From the human T2T-CHM13v2.0 reference genome, Homo sapiens: DNA of 64,000 bases. Made by a program: the position numbers and the translations under genes. The notes under the pieces were generated by a model. That model did no database searches. It was not told where the DNA came from and worked only from the letters and a program-made list of their open reading frames with translations. Of the stretch, positions 39,297 to 62,506 are shown piece after piece; the first letter of the stretch is position 1; each line of letters starts with the position of its first letter. The stretch lies in NCBI RefSeq assembly GCF_009914755.1, contig NC_060940.1. One strand, written 5' to 3'.

Positions 39297-41105
39297 TGAA
39301 TTTTGTTTTGATTTATAGTAAGTGAATCTGAAAAGAAGCTGAGTTAACTTTTTTTTTCTTTTTTAAAGAGATGGATCTCGGCCGGGTGCAGTGGCTCACG
39401 CCTGCAATCCCAGCACTTTGGGAAGCCGAAGTAGGCGGATCACCTGAGGTCAGGAGTTTGAGACCAGTCTGACCAACACGGTGAAACTCTGTCTCTACTA
39501 AAAATACAAAAATTATCTAGGCAAGGTGGCGTGCGCCTTTAATCCTAGCTACTTGGGAGGCTGAGGCATGAGAATCGCTTGAACCCAGGAGGCGGAGGTT
39601 GCAGTGAGCCGAGAATGCACCACTGCACTCCTGCCTGGGCAATAGAGCAAGACTCCGTCTCAATAAACAAACAAACAAAGAGATGGGTCTCACTCCGTCC
39701 CCCAGGCTGAAGTGCAGCCTTGACCTCCTAGACTCAAGCCATCCTCCCACCTCAGCCTTTCAAGTAGCTGGGACTACAGGCGCACACAAGTTAACATTTT
39801 AACAAAGTTTGCCCAATCTTGATGGCCTAGTTTCCTTGGTTTAGTCATTAATGACTTCACCTACAATATAAAAGGTTTTTTTTTTTTTAAAAAAAGAAAA
39901 AACTGTGCAATCAGTTTAGAGTGTAGAGATTCTCTGCCTTGCCAGAACACTTTTCTAGGCTTTATGATCTTCTAAAGCAATCATTAAGAACATTATGCTA
40001 AGGGCTGGGAATGTAAAGAAGAGTACAACACAATCCCTTACCACCTGACTAGTACACTGTGGTGATCAGCAGAGATCTGCACGTAATGCAGGCTGGGCAC
40101 TGCAGGGAGATGATGGATAGTGATACACACCTACCCAGGGCATTATTATGGGATATTACTTATGGGAGCCCTGAGCAGAGGACGTAATAGCTTGGAGAAG
40201 GGAAGGAAAGTACTGCACAAGGTTAGGAAGGCTTCCCAGAGGACGTGACTTAGCAGCTGAGTGCTAAGGCTGAAAGGAGGAGTAAAAGGGCTTTCCAAGA
40301 AGAGAATTAAGAATAAAGGCTCACGGTGAGAAGGAGCTGGGGGTTGTTGCAGGAGAATCGCTCAAGTTCTCCTAGTAATCACTCATCCACTGTGAATCAG
40401 CCACATGTTTCAGTATGGTACCATGGAAGTTCTCCGTGTTCACCATGCTGATAAACTCGTGAATTACCTCATGAACATTTCTTTCCCAACAAAGGTTCTC
40501 TTAATGTACTTGTGGCTAGTCAGCACTCATACACCTCACTCCTCCATGGGGCACACTTGATGGCAGTACAGAGTTTAATTCATGCTCCCTTGACAAGTTA
40601 AAGACTGCTGCAGTCTCAATCGTTGTAATTAATTAGTGTGTACAGTCAATTCTCTGTTATTAAAGGGCAGATTATTTCCAGTTTTTTGGATTTCCCAGGC
40701 TCTTATTTCTTGTAATGTTTCTTTTAATAGTTTGCCTTGGGTAATTTCAGTACTGGGCAAACTGTACGGATTCAAATAATAGCTCAGCCACCTGCCAGCT
40801 GTGTGAGCACTGGCAAGTAAATCAAGCATCAACTTTCCTTATCTGTAAAATGGGGCCATAAAACTACCTATCTCACAGGGCTGGTCTAATGATGAAAAAA
40901 ACACTCAAAACCTAAATTGGCAGAGTGCCTGATGTTCGCTAATAGTCATCGTTACTAAATTATTATCACTCCACTTTTATTTGTAACCATCCTGCATCCT
41001 AGTACAGAGCCTGGTGAGGCCAGTATGTAGAGAATTCAAGGAGCATATGCAGCCGTAAGACCTTGTGACCAAATGCAGGTCCTTTCTGTTTTTCTTTCTC
41101 TTTAA

Positions 41106-41531
<426 letters not shown>

Positions 41532-42711
41532 TAGAGAATCAGGAGACACTGCCATTATCACCCTTCCCCCTCACTAGTGTTGGTGCCAGTTCTTTTAATA
41601 GCTTGCCTCTCATTTTGTGTTGCTGTGGCTCTAGGTTGCTTGGCTGTTCCTAGTACCTAGGCAATAGTAAGAAGCACAGATACCTTAAACCAACTTCTGA
41701 ACTGGGCCTGAAGAAAGCTTTCATTATTACTTATCCACAATTCAGACCCTGAAAACATGCAGCCACCTGTCTATCTACATCACTGTCATTAACTGCCGAG
41801 TGAAAGGAATACCCTGAATGTCAAGGACATACTAGATTATAAAAGAGAACACTTCTGGAAAAGTTTTCATTTTTCAAAAGATGGTCTGGCTGGGCATAGT
41901 GGCTCTTGCCTGTAGTCCCAGCTACTCAGGAGGCTGAGGTGGGAGGGTCACTTAAGCCTAGTGTTTGAGACAAGCCTGGGCTACATAGAGACCCTGTCTC
42001 AGGAAGAAAAAAAAAAAAAAAGAAAAAGAAAAAGAAAAAACAATGGTCTGTATCCTCCAAGACCCTCAATCATAACAAAGCCACTGCCCATTGCTCCCTA
42101 CCACAAGGAGAGAAAGCATCATTCTTGTTAAATGGTGTGAAAAGCACTTATTTTTCAAGTTCTTTAAAATGTTAAGCATAGAAACTCAGAAACCATAGAC
42201 TTGTGTCTTCTGGTATACCTTTTAAGAATTCTTTTTTTTTGTTTTTGTTTTTGCTTTGGAAAATGACATGTTTTTATCGCTATGTTTGCACAGTAAGAAT
42301 GTCCCCGCAGGCCCACCACCCTCCCTCAGCCCCAGCCCTCCAGCCTCTGTCTTTTAAGAATTCTAAACACAATTTCAAAATACTGAATTTTTAAACAATC
42401 TAAATATAGGAGCAGGGATACTCAATTTTTTTTTTAAAAATGTAATAAATTATGTTCATTTTACAATTACAATGCTAGTTTTGAGATTGAAAATGAAGTA
42501 CAGATTAAAGAACACAGGTATGAAAACTATGTATCTATTGCTTGAGACAAGTTTATAATCCAGATCACAAGGAAAGTTATTCTTAGCCAGAGAGAGAGGA
42601 AGGGGTTGCCTAGCTAGGGAACACTGACAATTTATGGAGACATTTCTGTTTGTTGAAACTCTGGGGGAAAGCAGGTGCTACTAGCATCTGAAGGGCAGAG
42701 GCATGGGAGGT

Positions 42712-42890
42712 TTTTTTAACTTTTATTTCAGGTTCACGGGTACATGTGCATGTCCTGGGGGTTTGGTGTACAGATAATTTCATCATCTGGGTAATAAGCA
42801 TAGTACCTGACAGTTATTTTTTCTGATTCTCTCCCTCTTCCCATTCTCTACCCTCAGGTAGGCTCCAGTGTCTGTTGTTCCCCTCCTAGA
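42712..42890 (-). mobile_element. L1P 3' end fragment adjacent to a MER20 remnant (about 42610-42710)
   Basis: aacttttatttcaggttcacgggtacatgtgca...gtaataagcatagtacc. Confidence 0.65.
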
Positions 42891-44875
42891 GGGATACAAT
42901 TTTTTTTTTTGAGACAGGGTCTCACTCTGTCACCCAGGCTAGAATGCAGTGGCGTGACCACGGCTCACTGCAGCCTCTACCTCCCGGGCTCAAGTGATCC
43001 TCCCCGAGTAGCTGGGACTATGGGTGTGTGCCACCGTGCCTGGCTAGTTTTTTGTAGAGATGGGGTTGTGCCATATTGCCCAGGTTGGTCTCCAACTCTT
43101 GAGCTCAAGTGATCCTCCTACCTTAGCATCCCAAAGTGCTGAGATTACAGGTGTGAGCCACGGCACCTGGCCTAGAGGGAATACTCAATTTGATTAGCCC
43201 CACATTAGTAACCATCTTTCAACTCCTCCATGCCTTTCATTATTCCATTTCTTAAAATGGTAAAGACTACACACATATTGTAAGAACTCTGATGTTTTTA
43301 AAGGAATCGAGTAGATGAAAATAGGAGTGTTCTAGGGGCAAAACTCATGCTGATAACCTGTGACCTAGAAAGTGATTTCTATCAGTACATTTTGGATACA
43401 GGCACAAAGCCTCAAACATTGAGCAATATTGACTGGTCATCCAAGAGAGGTTAGGTACCAAGTATTCAGGTAAGCCTTTCCAATCGAAACGCATTGTAAT
43501 TTCCCTGGAGCTTAAGCCTACTTAAAGTTTTACAGTTTTTAAACTGCTTTTCCTCACATTCTTCTTACTTTAAAATCAGAAGGGAAGTTAATTAGCTTGC
43601 CCACAATCACAGAGCTAAAAATGGCAGAGACAATAGCACAGCTGTGATCTTTTTTTTTTGAGACACAGTCTTGCTTTGTTGCTCAGGCTGGAGTGCAGCG
43701 GCGTGATCAGCGGGCTCACTGCAACTCTTCACCTCTCAAGCGATCAGGCTCGAGCGACCCTCCCACCTCAGCCTCCCAAGTAGCTGGGACTCCAGGTGCA
43801 CATCACCATGCCCGGCTAATTTTTGTATTTTATGTAGAGACGGGGTCTTGCCATGTTGCCCAGCTGGTCTAGAACTCCCGAGCTCAAGCAATCCACCTGC
43901 CTCAGCCTCCCAAAGTGCTAGAATTACAGGTGTGAGCTACTGTGCCTGGTCTGTGATCTTTTAACCAATGGTTATGGTACCACAGTTGCACACTGCATTT
44001 TTAAAGTCTCACGAGACCTGCTCAGTTATTTCACCAAAAAGTAAATAATCAGAATTAAATAATTAAAAGCAAATCATTATAAATCAAAATACATTAGCAT
44101 CTTTTTTTTTCTTCATTGAACTGCAACTATGTCTGATCTCATGTCACTATACATTTACAGTACAAGTCAACAAGAGAAAGTTTTATTCGCAGTGTTTAGC
44201 TAAATGATACACTTGAACTTACAAAGAGTTCCACATATTTACAAAGAGTTCCAAGTATGCCATTGGATAAATCCTCAGTTCTTCAGAATAACAACAGACA
44301 AGGTTTTATTGTATTAGAATGAGCCATTTAAATAGAAATGTCGATGAATTCAGTTTAAGTATTTTCCACTTTTACCATTTGGAGCTAGGTAAAGATCACT
44401 TCCACAGTGTAAGGAGGGAAGTCTGATCTTGCCTGAAGAGTTAACCTTCATGCCAAATATGGCATCTGATTCTGTCACCTAATCAGGTATCATTATTTAA
44501 ATCTGAAGAGTAATTCCTCAACATTAGGTGCTCAACTATTTCAAGAATTTATTTTCTGGTCAGGTGGGGTTGCTTAGCCTATAATCCCAGCGCTTTGCGG
44601 GGCTGATGTGGGAGGAGTCTGAGACCAACACAGGGAGACTCTGTCTCTACAAAAAATAAAAAATTAGCTGGGTGTGGTGGTGTATGCCTGCAGTCCCAGC
44701 TACTTGGGAGGCTGAAGCAGGAGGACCACTTGAGCCTGGAAGGTCAGGCTGCAGTGAGCCATGATTGTGCCACTGCACTCCAGCCTGGGCAACACAGTGA
44801 GACCCTGTATTTAAAGAAAAAAAAAAAGGGAATTTTTTTTGGTACATATTTTGCAGCACTGTGGTTCCCCTGTGT

Positions 44876-44958
44876 AAGATTAGTCGAGAGAAGGAACAAT
44901 AAAATCTGTAACTGGTTATGATCAATTAGTTGTAAACACCATTACACTTGGACCAGCC
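44876..44958 (-). pseudogene. Y3 RNA (RNY3) retropseudogene with an internal deletion of about 17 nt, in GOT2 intron 1
   Basis: Minus strand GGCTGGTCCAAGTGTAATGGTGTTTACAACTAATTGATCATAACCAGTTACAGATTTTATTGTTCCTTCTC matches hY3; it then jumps to TCGACTAATCTT, resembling the Y3 3' end TTGACTAGCCTT. Confidence 0.9.
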
Positions 44959-46039
44959 TATGTTCAGATTTTGATCTAAGATACAACATTAAAATGTCAT
45001 ACTGTATTTGTTTCCGTTGCATTACGTGAAAAATCAGGGCTTAAAATAAAAATATCCAATATAAGAGACATGCCAGCAACTGTTAATAGTGCTGAGATGT
45101 AACAGTGAATATAAAGTAGGTAAAGTCTCCGCTCTCATGGAACTTACATTCTAGTAAGAAAAATACAGAAAAGAAAAATGAGTCAGACTCTCAAACTGAA
45201 AGAATGACTAACCCTGACCCCAAGGGATTTTCACCAAGCACTAGAGCTTCAGGTGATCTAGCCAAATCCATAAAACAAGGTATTATTTTAAGATTACTGC
45301 AATAGGGAAACATACTTTCTCTTGACGGAAATTTTAAGCACTCCTTTGGTTTTCCAAATTTGTTGCATAAATAACTCCTCCTGGCTCTGGCCCACTAGGT
45401 AGGCAGACTTAAAGAGCACACGTTGACAGTGGGCCAGGAAGGAGCCAAGTCAGGAAGAGAAAAAAGTGCGAAGCCTGGGCAAAACTGTACTGCCAAGGCT
45501 GTGGGGCCTTGGAAAGGACAGATAGTTCTGCTGGCTGAAAGACACAGAGCATACATTCAAACGAAAGGCCAAGCTACGCTTTGCTCCTTGCAGTTAATAC
45601 CTGCTTGGGGGTGGTTTTAAAACTCAGTTCCTTATTAAGGTAGTGCTTAAGGAGAGTGCTCCAAATCGGCTTCTTGAGTTGAATTAATCTTCTGGCTCCG
45701 GTCTCCACTGGGAATGAATTACTAGAGCTCGTTTCAAGCTCTGAAATTTCCCTCCATACTATTATACACGCCACAGTACGAAATTACGTTTGTCATTTTT
45801 TGAGCAATGACCATTTGTCATTGTCCTTCCCTCGCCTTGTTCACAGTTGTATCGTTGGCATCTGGTCCAGAGCCTGGCTCTGAGAAACTGCAGTTACGAA
45901 ATATTTACTGAATGAAAGAGCACAGGGAGATGGAGAGGAAGATTGATAGCCTCCCTGCAACCGGACCTCCTTAGGGGCAATAAGGAAAAAACAAAACAAA
46001 ACAAAAAAAGAGACACACTACACCTCGACCCTTTCCCAA

Positions 46040-47040
<1,001 letters not shown>

Positions 47041-47080
47041 GCAGTTTGAAAGATGAGAAAATGTAGGCTGACATAGTTGA

Positions 47081-47431
<351 letters not shown>

Positions 47432-48102
47432 TGATCTCAAGTGATCTGCCCGTCTCAGTCTCCCAAGACTGCTAGGATTACAGGCATGAGCCACCGCACC
47501 TGGCTTCCTTATCCCTTTTATGGAGAGGGTCGCATGTGTATTTTGTGGGGCAGTTGTGAGGATTAATAAGATTAGCAGATTATGTCTAAAACAGGGCCTG
47601 ATTTAGTAAGCACAAAATAACCCATGGTCATTAATGACAAACTCGTGTATGTCAAATCCTGATAACTGTTTGTGGAAGGAAATGAATCGGTTTTGAAGGA
47701 AATGAATCGGTTTTAAAGGAAAAAGCAAATGAATTTCAGACACATCCACAAGTCAAACGAGTCTTTCTCATGTGTAGTCTATTTCTCTGATACTCGTCTC
47801 TTAAACCAAGGTAGGGGCCCGGTGTGTTGGCTTATGCCTGTAAACCCAACACTTTGGTAGACTGAGGCAGGAGGATAGCATGAAAACAAGAGTCTGAGAC
47901 CAGCCTGGGTAACAAGATGAAACCCCCATCTCTTAAAAAAATAAAAAAAAATTAGCAGGATGTGGTGTTGCGTGCCTGTTCCAGCTACTCAGAAGGCTGA
48001 GGAGGGAGGATTGCTTGAGCCCATTAATTCAAGAGTGCAGGCCGGGCGCGGTGGCTCACGCCTGTAATCCCAGCACTTTGGGAGGCCGAGGCAGGCGGAT
48101 CA

Positions 48103-48398
<296 letters not shown>

Positions 48399-48633
48399 CT
48401 AAATAAATAAATAAATACATACATAAATAAAATAAAACCGAGATAGAACTGTGTACCTTGGCAATTTAATATCTCCTCTGTGGCTCCACGTTGCCTGAAT
48501 GGTAAAGTCTAAACCCCTACTTAGGGCCACATTCTAGGTCCTTCCGGCCCAGCTCCAATTTACTGTCTCAGACCCTTATGCTCTCATATGACCTTGACCT
48601 ATGCGCCTATAGGCCATGACTTGGGATTCTACC

Positions 48634-49224
48634 TGTGAAAAGTAAAGTAGAGATTCTTCTTTAAAGACTTTCCTCCCTGTCTAATTAGAAATAAATAGTA
48701 ACTTCTCTTAAAAACAAAATGTATTCAAAGACCTGTACTAACAGTCTTAAATATCTGCTAGCCATAATAAAGAAATCAATGTACTTTATGTTCCTAGCTG
48801 CCACCATTTAGCCTAAATATTTGCCCTGGCATGCTTATACTGGTCCAAGCAAGCATTAGGTCATAGCCTGTTCCTCTTCCTTATTTGAAGGTGTTTTTAC
48901 CTTTCTCAGCATTCCACAAGTTACTTCCTCCTTCCTTTGCTCTCCTCTGCCTTTGCCTCTTTTAAAAAGTTCTAAGTTGCTAGCCAATCAGAACAAATAC
49001 AAAATGTGAGGACCTGTTCCAGCCAATGAAAACCGGACACAGCAGCAAGGTGGATGTATCAGGTTATAAGTGACCTTGTCTCCTTTGTTTGGTGTACTCT
49101 CATGGCAAAACTGCTGTCGAGTGTACCCTTTCTGCCGAAAGTATAAAGATGGCCTTGCTGAGGAAATTAAATTTATGTTCAAGTGCTATTTCTTTACAGC
49201 ACCAAGAAACAAGAATTTCAAACA
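48634..49224 (+). mobile_element. ERV1 solo LTR, LTR10-like (HERVIP10)
   Basis: TG...CA ends, 4-bp TSD tacc (48630-48633 / 49225-49228), two CCAAT boxes and a TATAA; resembles recalled LTR10C. Confidence 0.75.
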
Positions 49225-49228
49225 TACC

Positions 49229-49667
49229 AGTACATCAGTTTGCTCAGACTGCTGTAACAAATCCCCATGAATTGGGTGGTTTAAAACAACAGAAATTTAT
49301 TCACTCACAATTCTGGAGGCCCAAAATCAAAAATCAAGGTATTGGCAGGGTTTGTGCCTTATGGGGTCTCAGAGACTCTGTTCCATGCTTCTCCTAGCTT
49401 CTGGCAATTGTCTGCACTCCTGGGCATTCGTATGCTGTTAGAGGCATCACTAATCTCTGCCTCTGGTGTCACACAGTGTTCTCTCCCTGTCTGTCTCTTC
49501 TCTTCTTTTAAGGACACCAATCATATTGGGGTAGGGTGCATCTTAATTGCCTCATCTTCGCCTGATTACATCTGTAAAGACCCTATTTTCAAATAGATCA
49601 CATTAATGGGTTCCCCAGGTTAGAACTTAAACGTATCTTTTTTGGGGGCACATTTCAACACATAACA
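49229..49667 (-). mobile_element. MLT1 (MaLR) LTR
   Basis: Typical MLT1 motifs ctgctgtaacaaat, aaacaacagaaatttatt, acatctgtaaagaccctatttt. Confidence 0.8.
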
Positions 49668-50183
49668 ACTACTATTCCCAAAACAATTACATGTCCAGGT
49701 ATAAACCCTAGAGATCTTCTCACACATTTTTAAGGCTGTCAGTAAAGCATTGTTTATAAAAGCAAAACAGGGAACAACCTAGTCGCCCATCGATGGAGGA
49801 AGAGATGGATGTTCTGCTACAGTCTCATGATGGAGCATTACAGAACTACTAACGTGAATGAACTCAATAGATGTCACCATGGATAGACCTCAAAAACATA
49901 AACATGCTATAGAATTATACATATAATATGGTGCCACTTAGACAATATTTTTAAAATACACAAAACCATAACATACATTTATTCATAAATGTATGTAAAA
50001 GTTTGAAAAAATATGCCAAGGATATGGTTCAATACAGGATTAGGAGGGCATGAGCGTATTTGCCCTTGTGGAGGGAAGGAGACAACTTTGTCATATTAGC
50101 TTCATAAAAATTATAGATAAGAGGCAGGCACGGTGGCTCGCGCCTGTAATCCCAGCACTTTGGAGGCCAAAGCGGGCGGATCA

Positions 50184-50441
<258 letters not shown>

Positions 50442-50504
50442 TCAGATTAACAATTGTCACCATTTTGGGGTTGAGTATTTGTCACATTGGATTCTGTACT
50501 TTTC

Positions 50505-50642
50505 TGTATGTGTGTATATGTGTGTGTGTGCATATAGTTTTTTGTGTGTGTATATATATACACATATACATATATATACACACATATACATACATATACA
50601 CATATACATATATATATATACACACATATACATATGTATATA
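50505..50642. repeat. Compound (TG)/(TA)/(CA) microsatellite
   Basis: Read directly from the sequence. Confidence 0.9.
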
Positions 50643-51177
50643 TGCTAATTTGAGTTCCTGATATGAAAGGTGGATTGGAAGGAACAACCCTACAGTGGGG
50701 AGACTAGGTAGAAGGAAGGTTTACACAGGAATCCAGGCAAGAAATTCTGATTGCCTGAGTTCAGGTAGAGGTAACAGTGATGTAGAAAAGGTTACAGATC
50801 TGGGGCATATCAAGGAGGTAGAATCAGATGGATTTGGTGATTAGATGCAGAGAAAGGTAGAAAAGGAGTCAGAAATAATTCCCAATGCTTTAGTTAAAAT
50901 TGGGGTTGTCTGCAGTTAACAGAGACCCCGAATAATTGACTTAACATATATATCTTTCTCACATAAAAATCTGGAGATAGGCAGTCCAGGGTTGGGGTGG
51001 CATTTCTGACCCAGAGTCCTTAGGAAGTCAAGTCCTTCCAGATCCTCGCCCCGCCCTCCCTAAAGTATGGTTGACTCCCAGTGGTCCAAGATAGTAGCCA
51101 TAGCTTCATCCATCACATCTCCATTCAAAGCAGCTGGAGTGCAAAGGACGTACACCAGTTAACTTTTAAAAGAGTTA

Positions 51178-51525
<348 letters not shown>

Positions 51526-52059
51526 TCAGATGGAGGAGAGAGTGAGCCAGGGGAGCACAGAGGAGGAAAGGCTCAATGTCAGCTGTGGAAATCAGGGAGG
51601 CCTTCATGGGGGAGGTGACATTTGATCTGAACTTTAAAGGACTGAGGTAATGTGGTATGTGGAGGAGGAAGGAAGGAAAAGACATGGCCTATGCCCCTCC
51701 TGATTATCTTCCTTGTCCTGGCTGTCTACCTCCCCAGTCTCCCTCCACCCCCCTTTTCTGTGGACCTGCCCCTTCTGGCCATTGCCCTGGGCTTTTTCAC
51801 CCACGCACCTCATATTTCCAACCCTACTATTAATTACTTGGATTCATGAATACTGCATTTCAGGTTTTGGTCCTGAGCCACGGGTCCTTTAAGCTGTCCA
51901 CCTGCTCTGACAGTCTCAGGAGCAAATGACAGCACTCCTTCCCCCTCAGGGTCAACCACCATGTCTCCATTTCTCTGTATTTTACAATATGGAGTAAATG
52001 CTCATTTGAAAAAATCATCAGGTTTTTGATTTTTGAGTAAGACTCCATCTCAAAAAAAA

Positions 52060-52207
52060 TCATAAACTTTGTTAAAACATTATGAGTTTTTTTGTGATTT
52101 TTTTTTCCTCTAGCTCTTCAGCTGTCATCATTGTTAGTGTATTTTATGTGTGACCCAAAACAGTTCTTCTAGTGTGGCCCAGGAAGCCAAAAGATTGAAT
52201 ACTCCTG
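52060..52207 (-). mobile_element. MER30 fragment (truncated)
   Basis: Minus strand caggagtattcaatcttttggcttcctgggccacac...cacataaaatacactaac matches the MER30 5' half. Confidence 0.8.
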
Positions 52208-59675
<7,468 letters not shown>

Positions 59676-60029
59676 TAAAATCAGTTTTTTTTGTTTTGTT
59701 TTGTTTTTTTGGAGATGGGGTCTTGCTTTGTCACTTAAGCTGATCTTGAACTCCTGGGTGACTGTGCCCAGCCAGAATCATTTTTAACAAAACAATGTGC
59801 AAGTCCTTGGATTAGGCAGTCTGAGTGACCTTTGGGTTCAGGCGTTCATGGCGCCAAGTTCCATCACTTAGAACTTACTAGACACCATGCTCTGTTCTGC
59901 TGCATCCAGAGCTTCTCTGGGCCTCTCCCATTTGTTTCCTGCTGGCTCCCAGACAGACCCAGAGGAAACATTTCCAGAATGACCTCAGAAATGATTGCGG
60001 GAATCCTTTTCACCCAGGGATCCAGGTAG

Positions 60030-60037
60030 ATATATAT

Positions 60038-60079
<42 letters not shown>

Positions 60080-60188
60080 ATGTGTATATATATACGTATA
60101 TATATGTATATATATACACACACACATATATATACATATATATACATATATATACGTATATATACATATATATATATATGTATGTATA
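60030..60188. repeat. Compound (TA)/(CA)/(TG) microsatellite
   Basis: Read directly from the sequence. Confidence 0.9.
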
Positions 60189-61138
60189 TTGGATTCTCCT
60201 GGGAGGGTTTGGGAAGGTCTAACAATGAGGGGGGTCCTGAGTCAAAGAAAGGTCCTGTCTTCACCTACTCGCTTACATCATCATTTGTATTGTTATTTAA
60301 TATTAATTTTTATTTTAGAGACAGGTTCTTGCTCTGTCACCCAGGCTGGAATGCAGTGGCACAATGATAGCTCACTGCAGTCTTGAACTCCTGGGCTCAG
60401 GTGATCCTCCTGCCTCAGTCTTCCTATAGCTGGGACTATAGGCATGTACCACCATACCCGGCTAATATTTTATTTTAATTTTTTGTAGACACGGGGTCGC
60501 ACTGTATTGCCTAGGCTGGTCTTGAACTCCTGGCTTTAAGTGATCCTCCCATGTCAGCCTCCCAAAGTGCTGGGATTACAGGCATGAACCACTATGACCA
60601 GCTGTATTGTTGTTTTAAAATTACTTTGACCACAGCCGGACATTCTGCTGAAATTATGAAAGCTGTTCTGTGGTCACCAGGGATCAATACGGACAAGGCT
60701 TTCCTGCTAAGTAAGTAACACTTTTCAACCAAAAGCCTCATGCTCCCATCTCAATCTTTTTTTTTTTTTTTTTGGAGACGGAGTCTCCTCTGTTGCCCAG
60801 GCTGGAGTGCAGTAGCGCGATCTAGGCTCATTCCACCTCCCGGGTTCCAGTGACTCTCCTGCCTCAGCCTCCCAAGTAGCTGGTGGGACTACAGGCGCAT
60901 GCCACCACGCCCGGCTAGTTTTTTGTATTTTTAGTATTGATGGGGTTTCACTGTGTTAGCCAGGATGGTCTCGATCTCCTGACCTCATTATCCGCCCGCC
61001 TCGGCCGCCCAAAGTGCTGGGATTACAGGCCTGAGCCATGGCACCCGGTCTTTTTTTTTTTGAGACGGAGTCTCACTGTGTTGTCCAGGCTGTAGTGCAG
61101 TGGTGCCATCTTGGCTCACTGCAACCTCTGCCTCCTGG

Positions 61139-62506
61139 TGAGAGATGACAGCATGCTGGCAGCCCTCGCTCACCCTTGGTGCCTCCTCGGCCTCGCGCCC
61201 ACTCTGGCCGCGCTTGAGGAGCCCTTCAGCCCGCCGCTGCACTGTGGGAGCCCCTTCCTGGGATGGACCGACGCCGGAGCCGGCTCCCTCAGCCTGTGAG
61301 GAGGTGTGGAGGGAGAGGCACAGGTGGGAACCGGGGCTGCGCAGGGCGCTTGCCGGCCAGCTAGAGTTCCGGGTGGGCGTGGGCTTGGCGGGCCCCGTGC
61401 TGCGCTCGGAGTGGCCGGCCAGCCCGCCGGCCCCGGGCAGTGAGGGGTTTAGCACCCGGGCCAGCAGCTGCGGAGGGTGCGCGGGTTCCCCAGCAGTGCT
61501 GGCCCACCGGTGCTGCGCTCGATTTCTCGCCTGGCCTTAGCTGCCTCCCCGCGGGGCGGGGCTCGGGACCTACAGCGGGCCATGCCTGAGTCTCCTCCCC
61601 ACCCCGCCGTGGGCTCCTGCGCGGCCTGAGCCTCCCCGACGAGCACCACCCCCTGCTCCAGGGCGCCTGGTCCCATCAACCGCCCAAGGGCTGAGGGGTG
61701 CCGGCACACAGTGGGGGACTGGCAGGCAGCTCCACCTGCGGCCGTGGTGCGGGATCCACTGGATGAAGCCAGCTGGGCTCCGGAGTCTAGTGGGCATTTG
61801 GAGAACGTTTATGTCTAGCTAAGGGATCGTAAATACACCAATCAGCACTCTGTATCTAGCTCAAGGTTCCTAAACACACCAATCAGCACCCTGTGTCTAG
61901 CTCAGGGTTTGTAAATACACCAATCAACACTCTTATCTAGCTAATCTAGTGGGGAGGTGGAGCACTTTTGTGTCTAGCTCAGGGATTGTAAATGCACCAA
62001 TCAGCATCCTGTCAAAACGGACCAATCAGCTCTCAGTGAAACAGACCAATTGGCTCTCTGTAAAATGGACCAATCAGCAGGATGTGGGTGGGGCCAGATA
62101 AGAATAAAAGCAGGCTGCCTGAGGTTGCGGTGGTAACGTGTTCCGGCGTCCTTCCACACTGTCGCGGCTTATGTTGTTTTGCTGTTTGGGTTTGCACTGT
62201 CTTTTTGAGCTGTAACACAGCAAAGGTTTGCAGCTTCGCTCCTGAAATCATCGAGACCACAAACCCACCGGGAAGAACGAACAACTCCAGACGCACCGCT
62301 TTAAGAGCTGTAATACTCGTTGGGAAGGTGTGCAGCTTGACTCCTGAGTCAGCGAGACCACGAACCCATCAGAAGGAAAAAACTCCGAACATCAGAAGGA
62401 ACAGGTTTCAGACACGCCACCTTTAAGAACTGTGATACTCACCGCGAGGGCCCGCGGCTTCATTCTTGAAGTCCGTGAGACCAAGAACCTACCAATTCCG
62501 AATACG
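61139..62506 (+). mobile_element. LTR12-family (HERV9) solo LTR inserted inside an Alu
   Basis: Starts TGAGAGATGACAGCATGCTGGCAG; GC-rich U3 with tandem CCAAT repeats; AATAAA at 62103-62108; ends CCAATTCCGAATACG; 4-bp TSD ctgg/ttgg; host Alu resumes as GGTTCAAG. Confidence 0.92.

Noticed and set aside
47675-47714. 20-bp direct tandem duplication (similar one at about 44219-44253)
   Set aside because: Ordinary slippage with no functional signature
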